This document shows, piece by piece, positions 18,953 through 26,116 of a DNA stretch of 27,742 bases; position 1 is the stretch's first letter, and every line of letters begins with the position of its first letter. Under the pieces are notes generated by a model that saw only the letters and a program-made list of their open reading frames with translations, did not search any database and was not told the origin of the DNA. A program made the translations under genes and the position numbers. The stretch is from a virus (taxonomy: Duplodnaviria; Caudoviricetes), in IMG/VR virus record IMGVR_UViG_3300017818_000082, positions 1 through 27,742 of that record, one strand, 5' to 3'.

Positions 18953-19654
18953 TTATAATCCGCCAAATGCATCTATGCTTATATCATATTGTGTTAAAGG
19001 CTGTCCATCGGGTTTATGTGTTAGCCTATATTTTTTATCCCACTCTACTCTTTTTTCTCTTTCCTCTGACGTTAATCCTGTCGGTCTAGGGTCAACCGGC
19101 TCGTATGTCGGAGTATTAGGAGCAGGCGGTGGAACTGGTGTGTTGCGCTGATCTCGTCCTCTTGGATCGTAAGAATCAGGATCTGCTTGTCCTTGTGGAG
19201 TATTTACATTTGCACCGCCTGCAATTACTCCTCTCTGGGCACTTAATGCTGCTGTAGCATTTGAAAGAGTATGAACTTTTTGCCCAGTTCTAAAATCAAA
19301 CCTATCATCTAAAGGATTAGTTGCTATGTACGGTCTATTAGAAACTGTTTGTGTTCCTCCGTTCTGTGCAGAAGGTTGATTCTGACTAGGTAAGGTTGTA
19401 TTACTTTCAGTAGCCGGAGAAACTGTGTTTCGTTGGCCTCTGCCCCGTGGATCTTTAGCATCAGGATCTTCATAAGATGCTAAAGATTTATATCCGCCTC
19501 CTGTTGATTGATTAAATTCTCTTAATTTTTCATCAGAAGATAAATTTGAAACTTCTTGTGATCTGCGACGTTCTTCTGCACGTTTACCAGCTGCTGTTCT
19601 TGCACTAGTTTGAGTATATCCACCTCCTCCAATGCCAAAATCATTAATTGCCAT
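18953..19654 (-). CDS. Hypothetical, largely disordered G/P/Q/T/R-rich protein (233 aa) with a duplicated DPDxxDPRGRxQRNT motif
   Basis: Fills the hub-spike gap exactly (9 nt after the hub stop, 2 nt before the gp5 ATG), same strand as the operon; no recognisable family. Confidence 0.8.
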   Translation of the reverse strand: MAINDFGIGGGGYTQTSARTAAGKRAEERRRSQEVSNLSSDEKLREFNQSTGGGYKSLASYEDPDAKDPRGRGQRNTVSPATESNTTLPSQNQPSAQNGGTQTVSNRPYIATNPLDDRFDFRTGQKVHTLSNATAALSAQRGVIAGGANVNTPQGQADPDSYDPRGRDQRNTPVPPPAPNTPTYEPVDPRPTGLTSEEREKRVEWDKKYRLTHKPDGQPLTQYDISIDAFGGL

Positions 19655-19663
19655 TTAAAACCC

Positions 19664-22600
19664 CTATGTTGGTATTTCGCCTCGACGGACAGTTAAAGTA
19701 CCACCTTCGTTTGCTGCTGCGGAAAAATGCATAGCATCTTTAGAGCTTGTCCAATCGCCTCCCCAGCCAAGCCCGTACTTTGCAGCAAGTGCAGTCATTG
19801 CACTACCTGTACCGTTTAAAGGCATATCAGTAACTACTGCTGCACCTCTTCTAGTGATGTAGGGATTTGGGCCAGGGTTAATATCTATTGCTACTCCGCC
19901 AGCATGCCAGCTTAGTGTGTTTGAATTGGAAATGTACCTGTAGTTATATCCGCCCAAACTTGTGATTTCATATCCAAAATCTTTTTCAAGTTCGTCGATT
20001 AATCCTTGAAATTTCGGTGCCAAAACCGCAGCAACTTGTGTTCTAAGTCCTCTGATACTAGTTGTAATAGTAGCTAGATTTCCGCCTCCGGCACTTGGTT
20101 TTCCTTTAGGAGCTGTTGTTGTTGTTTTTCCAGTGGAGCCAGTTCTTTCTAAGGTTCTTTGTTGTCCGCCGCCGGATGCAGGTGGTGTAGAACTTCCTTG
20201 ATTATTAGGCTGTCCTGCTGTACCACCAGTACCTTGGCCGCCGTCTCTGTTGCCATTCCACTGTTGTTTTTGGCTATCTCCTTCTCCAATAACTTCAGTA
20301 TCTCCTGTTTCTGTATCATTTTGGCCTCTTCTTCTAAGTAATTTTAATGAACATTTAAATTGTCCTCTAGAAAAAGTATTAGTAACTTGTGTTACTTGGA
20401 ATAATCCACTAAAAGGTTTTACAATTTTCGAAAACTGCATCTGACCGCCGACAACGTAATCTATAGGAGTTCTAAAATTCACAACAATCAATACTTCTTC
20501 GTTTTGGTAATCTACTGTTCCGTCAGCATTTGTATTACGTTTGGCGCCGCTAGGAGGAGCATTATAGTTGCCCATGCCGCTAGTAGGTATCCAATAAGGG
20601 TCTCCCCAAATTTCCATCTCTGCTTGAACCATATCAGTATCACCATTAATAAGTGTATTATGAAATGCTTCAGCTATTGCACGTTTTGTACCTAATGACG
20701 CTGATACACCCAAACCGTTTGGCACTACTGATTTTTGATATCCGTCTCTTGTAGGAGCCTTTACTTCTGACAGTTCACCATTACTTGTTCCTCCAACGCC
20801 AGGTGCTGATACTTCTGTTCCTGGAGGTGTAGGAGATGCTGTTGTTTCTCCAGAAACACCTGTTCTGCGTGACGAGTTTCCTTGCATAAGATCTGCATAC
20901 AAGTTCTGGTAAAATGCGCCTTTAAATTCGATCTGGAAATCAAGTACATCTTCATTTTTACCAGTATAAAAATAGTTGTACTCTTTTACTGCTTGTGCTT
21001 TTAATTGTTCAGTATTTGCTGGCACACGACCCGGACCTAAAAACTTAGCTTCATCTGCCCAAAAAGGCACAACACTGTAAACATAGATTTTTGGCTTTTT
21101 ACCTGTTTTAAGTTCTGTGCCCGTGTCACTGTTTACAAAAACTTGTGTTTCAACTTTAAACCATTTTTTAAGACCGTTTTCTGCAGGTCTTTCTGCTAAA
21201 GCTCTACCGTAATCGCTATTGAGTATAACATCTTCAATAATACCTACAACGTTTGTTCCTTGTGTGTACTGTCCTATACGTTCCAAATCCTTTGTATCAA
21301 CTTTATTTCTTTGTACAAATCTTATAGGTCCGTCTTGATATACTGCTTTATCTGCTTCACCCATAACTCTGGTGCCGCCGTCATTACTATTTTCAGTTAA
21401 AACTGCTCGGCCAATTTCGTTTACATTTGTTTCTGCGTATGCTTTAAGTAAATCATAAACAGTATTTGAAGGCGCTTTTGTTGAACCGTTTGGAGTGCCG
21501 TCTGCTGCACCTGGTAGATTAGATCTCTGTAAAGTTCTTGTAACTTCAAAAGGATTTGACGTAGCAGAGTTGTTGTTTACCCTTGCTCCTTCAACTACTT
21601 TTGTAGCACCTTGTTTGTCAATAGGAAACATGATAATATATCTGTCTTCGCTAGGTGCAACATTTTTATCTTCTCTTGTTTCTTTCCTTTTGTTTAAAAC
21701 ATTTGTTAAACTACGTGTTCCTTTTTGTAGATATTCATCTACTTTGTTTCCGGCAATAGAAACGTCAACAGGAACTTTTGCAACTTCATCTGCTAGTGCT
21801 TGTTCATTGTAAGGAATAGCTTCTACAGAATACCTGCTACCTTGTCCATCTACTTGGAATTCGATATTTGTTAATTTTATAGGAATATATTTTGGAGTAA
21901 TAGATTGAGCACTATTTAAAGGTAAGAATTTAGAGTCTTCGTCAAACCCTAAAAATTCAATTTTAAGAACATAAGGTGCTTCAATATAGTTTGTGTATGT
22001 TGCTTGTAATGCAGCGATTTGTAAAGATTCTAAAAGCTGCCCCATGCTATAAGGTTCGATAATTGTAAAGGCTAATTTTGTACCTGTTGCTGTACCTGTT
22101 TTACTGTTAGGCGCTATCAGAGCTTCTAACTCTAAATCTTCTAGATAGTATTCGCCAGTTAACCCGTAATTTTTTTCAGCAAAGGTTGTTACTCTATTTT
22201 GTAAGTTGCCGCCGCCTGTGGTACATATAACATTAGTTAAACCGCTTGATCTAAAACTACTTTCTGGAGATGCAAGTTCTGCATCACTTACACACCCTAA
22301 GGTAATTTTATAGTTATATGTTGCATAGTGTCTCAACGGATTTAAAAGTCTACCGTTAGCATCTACAGATATGCTACTGTATCGTCTGTCAGCTCTGCCT
22401 CCAGCACCACCAAAATTTAAACTTAATGCTTCATCTATGCCTGAAAAGAAACTATCAGCTTTAGAAATAGCACTTTGAAACTTTCCTATTTCTCCAGTAA
22501 CTGCATTTAATGACTGAGGAAGAACTTTAATAGGAGATGCTGCGCCTTCAAAGTCTTTAATTAGTGGTAACTTTCCGATTAAATTTTGTTCAAAATCTAA

Positions 22601-22867
22601 TTTGCCAGCTGTACTTAATTGTTCTAGTTTTCTTGTAAACGTAGAAGTAACATTACTAGCATTTGCACTAACACCCGAAATGCCTTTAACAGCACTTTGT
22701 AAGTTTTGGTTAAATTCTCCAAAATTAAGATTTGTAAGCTGCCTGACTCCTCCAGATAATTTAGTGTTTAGCTGATTAAGTTTTTGTCCACTCAAAGCAT
22801 TATTAAGAGAACTAGTTGCAGTGCTAACATTATTTGAAAAAGTAGTTAAAAAACTTCCGAAAGCCAT
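19664..22867 (-). CDS. Baseplate hub-like protein (gp27-like position) with N-terminal low-complexity helical extension and C-terminal M15-family Zn peptidase (peptidoglycan endo/carboxypeptidase), 1067 aa
   Basis: Located between gp53 and gp5; core NPLRHYATYNYKITL...AEMEIWGDPYW...FSGLFQVTQVTNTFSRGQFKCSLKLLR resembles phage hub/gpD-type C-termini; after a G/T/Q-rich linker come SWH988AGGVAID995 and WGGDW...D1044AMH1047F, the M15 SxHxxGxAxD and WGGxW..D/ExxH motifs; SD GGAG upstream. Confidence 0.8.
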   Translation of the reverse strand: MAFGSFLTTFSNNVSTATSSLNNALSGQKLNQLNTKLSGGVRQLTNLNFGEFNQNLQSAVKGISGVSANASNVTSTFTRKLEQLSTAGKLDFEQNLIGKLPLIKDFEGAASPIKVLPQSLNAVTGEIGKFQSAISKADSFFSGIDEALSLNFGGAGGRADRRYSSISVDANGRLLNPLRHYATYNYKITLGCVSDAELASPESSFRSSGLTNVICTTGGGNLQNRVTTFAEKNYGLTGEYYLEDLELEALIAPNSKTGTATGTKLAFTIIEPYSMGQLLESLQIAALQATYTNYIEAPYVLKIEFLGFDEDSKFLPLNSAQSITPKYIPIKLTNIEFQVDGQGSRYSVEAIPYNEQALADEVAKVPVDVSIAGNKVDEYLQKGTRSLTNVLNKRKETREDKNVAPSEDRYIIMFPIDKQGATKVVEGARVNNNSATSNPFEVTRTLQRSNLPGAADGTPNGSTKAPSNTVYDLLKAYAETNVNEIGRAVLTENSNDGGTRVMGEADKAVYQDGPIRFVQRNKVDTKDLERIGQYTQGTNVVGIIEDVILNSDYGRALAERPAENGLKKWFKVETQVFVNSDTGTELKTGKKPKIYVYSVVPFWADEAKFLGPGRVPANTEQLKAQAVKEYNYFYTGKNEDVLDFQIEFKGAFYQNLYADLMQGNSSRRTGVSGETTASPTPPGTEVSAPGVGGTSNGELSEVKAPTRDGYQKSVVPNGLGVSASLGTKRAIAEAFHNTLINGDTDMVQAEMEIWGDPYWIPTSGMGNYNAPPSGAKRNTNADGTVDYQNEEVLIVVNFRTPIDYVVGGQMQFSKIVKPFSGLFQVTQVTNTFSRGQFKCSLKLLRRRGQNDTETGDTEVIGEGDSQKQQWNGNRDGGQGTGGTAGQPNNQGSSTPPASGGGQQRTLERTGSTGKTTTTAPKGKPSAGGGNLATITTSIRGLRTQVAAVLAPKFQGLIDELEKDFGYEITSLGGYNYRYISNSNTLSWHAGGVAIDINPGPNPYITRRGAAVVTDMPLNGTGSAMTALAAKYGLGWGGDWTSSKDAMHFSAAANEGGTLTVRRGEIPT

Positions 22868-23158
22868 TTATGCTCCTAATAACGGTACAAGATTACTTTT
22901 CTTTGGTAGGTATATTTTTGTACCTGCAGAAAAATCGTAAACAGGATCTCTAATAATATCCATATTTCTTTGTGCAAAAATCCACCACAAGTCTTTTGTG
23001 CCGTATAGGTCATAACTTAACAAGTCCGGCCTGTGATGATAGTTCGGTGTAATCTCAAAAACAACATCATTATCTTCCGCAGGAATTGGGCGAATATTCA
23101 AGATATCTAAATATCCCGAAGTTGTGACATTTGTTTTACCATAAGGGCTCATACTCAT
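22868..23158 (-). CDS. gp53: Baseplate wedge protein gp53-like (LysM-like), 96 aa
   Basis: YHHRPDLLSYDLYGTKDLWWIFAQRN...DPVYDFSAGTKIYLP matches the gp53 RPDxxAxxxYGxxxxWW pattern; start overlaps the upstream stop (TAATG). Confidence 0.88.
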   Translation of the reverse strand: MSMSPYGKTNVTTSGYLDILNIRPIPAEDNDVVFEITPNYHHRPDLLSYDLYGTKDLWWIFAQRNMDIIRDPVYDFSAGTKIYLPKKSNLVPLLGA

Positions 23159-24138
23159 TAGATAAATCCTTCTGTTCCGCTAGAGGTGTATTCGCCGTTA
23201 GCAAATTTCCTTAGATTAAACTGAGCTTGTGTTGATCTGCTGTACTGCGGTAACAATGTAACAGTAATTGTACTTTGTACAGGTACATAGTTCACTTGTT
23301 CTTGAACTTTTACTTGTATATAATCAACTTCTGCAGGTAAGTCTGTAGTAAAGTTTCCTACTAGTACAGGAACATTGTTTAATACATGTCTACCGTAGCC
23401 GTTTAATCTTGCAACAAGAGGTGGATTGCCTGCACTTAGGCCGTCACCGTAAAACATTTTTGTCATTGTTCTTAAATAGTGTAATACTGCAATCCAGTAA
23501 AACGCATCTTCTTCAGACTCTGCAAAAAATTCTCCAGTAACTGTAATACTATCAACTTGGCTATTTTCATACGCATTATAAGGATAGTTTACGTGTGTAG
23601 GATGAATTTGTGAATAGTTAGCAGAGTTACCAAAAAGTATTGTAGGAGTAAAAGGAAACACTAGTTTTTTACTTGTAGCATTAAATGCTTGAAATAAAGG
23701 ACTACCTGAAATTGCATAAGGGACTGATAAACTAACACGCCAGTCGTTTGTTGCTTCATCTATACCTCCAGACGAAACATTTTGCGATATAATACTTGCC
23801 ATTGCTGCATTTGGTGCAAAAGGTTCTGCACCTGGTGTAACACCTTGTCTATATACACTACCCAACCTTGTTCTACTTCCAAACCCAGAAGAGAATGTAG
23901 CACCCAAAGCACTAAAATCTTGTGCAACACTGCCTGCTTGGTTAAGTAATGCTAGTCCACTAGATAGACTAGGATTTGAACCAAAATTCTTTGCAGCAGA
24001 ACCAAGTGAATTTAGTCCTCCTAATGCACTATTAGCACGAGTCTGTAACGAACTAAAGGTGTTTTGGAATTGGTTTACTTTACTAGACACACTGCTTATT
24101 GCACTTGTTAGTTGGTTAAAGCCGCTGAATAATCCCAT
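23158..24138 (-). CDS. Baseplate tail-tube initiator/cap-like protein (gp48/gp54-like), about 326 aa; start revised from 24159 to 24138
   Basis: SD AGGAGA lies 9 nt before the ATG at 24138 (MGLFSGF...), inside the track's extra 7 codons. C-terminal tube-fold-like motifs VFPFTPTI..YSQIHPTHVNY..SQVDSITVTGEF..GNPPLVARLNGYG..VPVLV; precedes gp53 as in contractile-tail operons. Confidence 0.72.
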   Translation of the reverse strand: MGLFSGFNQLTSAISSVSSKVNQFQNTFSSLQTRANSALGGLNSLGSAAKNFGSNPSLSSGLALLNQAGSVAQDFSALGATFSSGFGSRTRLGSVYRQGVTPGAEPFAPNAAMASIISQNVSSGGIDEATNDWRVSLSVPYAISGSPLFQAFNATSKKLVFPFTPTILFGNSANYSQIHPTHVNYPYNAYENSQVDSITVTGEFFAESEEDAFYWIAVLHYLRTMTKMFYGDGLSAGNPPLVARLNGYGRHVLNNVPVLVGNFTTDLPAEVDYIQVKVQEQVNYVPVQSTITVTLLPQYSRSTQAQFNLRKFANGEYTSSGTEGFI

Positions 24139-24159
24139 TTTTATTATTCTCCTATACAT

Positions 24160-24167
24160 TATTTAGT
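24160..24167 (-). promoter_or_regulatory. Putative late promoter ACTAAATA heading the baseplate operon
   Basis: Minus strand ACTAAATA-ATGTAT-AGGAGA-ATAATAAAA-ATG; same TAAATA core as at 15964 and 16441. Confidence 0.7.
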
Positions 24168-24195
24168 TGACAAAATTATCTACGTATATTATAAT
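24167..24195 (+). promoter_or_regulatory. Perfect-consensus sigma70-type promoter for gp55
   Basis: TTGACA (24167-24172), 17-bp spacer, TATAAT (24190-24195); followed by SD AGGAG (24208-24212) and TTG start at 24220. Confidence 0.88.
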
Positions 24196-24219
24196 AAATA
24201 TATTATTAGGAGAACACTT

Positions 24220-25047
24220 TTGCGAAAGAAGAATTATTTAAACAACAAAGACATTTTAAAAGAGATACACAGATCAAAAAATACATACAATAGCTATGTA
24301 GAAAAAGATTATGCACTGTATGATATAATTTTACCAAGTATAGATAAGATCAATATTAGAACTATTGCCGAAGCAAAACGTAACAAGGCAAAACGCCTAT
24401 CTACAGAAGATTACGAAACCCGTAAGGAAGCAGGACAAAAAATTAAACAAGCAGATTGTGAAGTAGATTACAAAAAAATTACCAAAGAAGAACTAATCTT
24501 TCGTATTATGACTTTCGATCATATTCCAGACGAGCCGGGACGTAAAAAGAATCCAAAGACAGTAGCAGACACTAAAACTAAGCTAAACTTTCCACCTTTC
24601 CAACACTATAAATTTAACGAAAATGACGAATTAGTGTGTGTAGGTAAAAGTCACTGGATAGGCGGCATGGAAAACGGGTATTTTTCTAAAAACCACGGAA
24701 AAGCTACAGATAAACTTGCACTTATGTGGATGAAACTGTGTGATAGATATGCTACACGTGGCAACGTTCGCGGTTATACCTATAACGACGAAATGCGGGG
24801 ACAAGCAATTCTTCAACTTGCACAGATTGGATTGCAATTTGATGAATCAAAATCTCAAAATCCTTTTGCTTATTACACTGCTGCTGTTACTAACAGTTTT
24901 GTCCGTGTTATCAACATTGAAAAACGCAATCAAAACATTCGAGACGATATTTTAGAAATGAATGATTTAAATCCTAGTTACACACGCCAACACGCAGGCG
25001 AATGGGAAGCGGCTGTAAAAAGAGAAAGAGAATTGTCAAAAAAATAG
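24220..25047 (+). CDS. gp55: T4 gp55-like sigma factor for late transcription, 275 aa
   Basis: N-terminal KNYLNNKDIL, then NVRGYTYNDEMRGQAI...QFDESKSQNPFAYYT...FVRVINIEKR, typical of gp55 homologs; directly upstream of gp47/gp46; TTG start with AGGAG SD. Confidence 0.88.
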   Translation: MRKKNYLNNKDILKEIHRSKNTYNSYVEKDYALYDIILPSIDKINIRTIAEAKRNKAKRLSTEDYETRKEAGQKIKQADCEVDYKKITKEELIFRIMTFDHIPDEPGRKKNPKTVADTKTKLNFPPFQHYKFNENDELVCVGKSHWIGGMENGYFSKNHGKATDKLALMWMKLCDRYATRGNVRGYTYNDEMRGQAILQLAQIGLQFDESKSQNPFAYYTAAVTNSFVRVINIEKRNQNIRDDILEMNDLNPSYTRQHAGEWEAAVKRERELSKK

Positions 25048-25076
25048 TTGACAGGTGTGCATTTTTAGTGTATATT
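25048..25076 (+). promoter_or_regulatory. sigma70-type promoter for gp47-gp46
   Basis: TTGACA (25048-25053), 17 bp, TATATT (25071-25076); SD GGAG at 25090-25093 before TTG at 25103. Confidence 0.75.
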
Positions 25077-25102
25077 ATAACAAGCGAATGGAGTAAATTA
25101 GT

Positions 25103-26116
25103 TTGTTTAAAAAAGCTGCTGTCTTTACGGACATCCACTTTGGCTTGAAAAGTAACAGCCGAGTACACAATCAAGATTGTGAAGAGTTTATAGACTGGTT
25201 CATAAAAGTTGCCAAGGAAAATAACTGCGAAACATGTTTGTTTTGCGGTGACTGGCATCACAATAGAAACAGCCTTAATCTTACTACAATGGATGCAACT
25301 ATCCGTAGCATGGAAAAATTAGGACAAGCATTTGACAAAGTTTTAATGTTTGTTGGTAATCACGATTTGTACTACAAGGACAAACGTGATGTAAGTTCTA
25401 CTGAATTTGCAAAGCATATTCCAGGAATAACTGTTGTAGACAAAATTGTCGAAGAAGACGATGTTGCACTTGTTCCTTGGCTTGTAGGCGATGAGTGGAA
25501 AAATATAGGAAAATTAAAAGCAAAGTATTTGTTCGGACACTTTGAGCTTCCGAGCTTTTACATGAACGCAATGGTGCAGATGCCAGATCACGGTGATCTA
25601 AAAGCAGAACATTTTGTTAATCAAGATTTTGTGTTTTCAGGACATTTTCACAAGAGACAAAAACAAGGCAAAATTCATTACATCGGTAATGCATTTCCAC
25701 ACAACTATGCAGATGCTTGGGATGATGACCGTGGTATGATGATCCTTGATAAAGAAAACAATGCAGAACCAGAATACATCAACTGGCCAAATTGTCCAAA
25801 ATACAGAACTGTAAAACTATCACAACTTATTGATGAAACTAGTACACTTATAAAAGATAAAATGTATCTTAGAGTAACACTAGATTTGCCAATAAGTTAT
25901 GAAGAAGCAAACTTTATCAAAGAAACATACATCAGAGATTACGGTGTAAGAGAGCTTACACTTATTCCTCAAAAACAAATGGAAGAGATAACAACAGATC
26001 TAGACATTGCACAATTTGAAAGTGTTGATCAAATTGTTGCAAGCGAAATAGCGGAACTAGATACTGCAAACTACAACAAAAATATGTTGTTAGATATCTA
26101 CAATGGTTTAGAATGA
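25103..26116 (+). CDS. gp47: Recombination endonuclease subunit gp47 (Mre11/SbcD metallophosphoesterase), 337 aa
   Basis: Motifs TDIH, GDWHH, GNHD, GHFE, SGHFH; stop overlaps the gp46 start (ATGA). Confidence 0.95.
   Translation: MFKKAAVFTDIHFGLKSNSRVHNQDCEEFIDWFIKVAKENNCETCLFCGDWHHNRNSLNLTTMDATIRSMEKLGQAFDKVLMFVGNHDLYYKDKRDVSSTEFAKHIPGITVVDKIVEEDDVALVPWLVGDEWKNIGKLKAKYLFGHFELPSFYMNAMVQMPDHGDLKAEHFVNQDFVFSGHFHKRQKQGKIHYIGNAFPHNYADAWDDDRGMMILDKENNAEPEYINWPNCPKYRTVKLSQLIDETSTLIKDKMYLRVTLDLPISYEEANFIKETYIRDYGVRELTLIPQKQMEEITTDLDIAQFESVDQIVASEIAELDTANYNKNMLLDIYNGLE

Noticed and set aside
19652-19666. GGGTTTT slippery-like heptamer, or TAG readthrough fusing the hub to the 233-aa ORF
   Set aside because: The heptamer lies after the TAG stop, and an in-frame TAA follows two codons later, so fusion would need two recoding events.
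12429-24138. Bacterial eCIS, tailocin or T6SS locus rather than a phage
   Set aside because: It is adjacent to gp55-gp47-gp46 and carries T4-like late promoters; no T6SS membrane complex, ClpV or Afp15-like ATPase genes are seen.
24139-24159. Track start at 24159 (MYRRIIK...)
   Set aside because: These codons contain the SD AGGAGA for the ATG at 24138 and directly abut the late promoter; 24138 is the better start.
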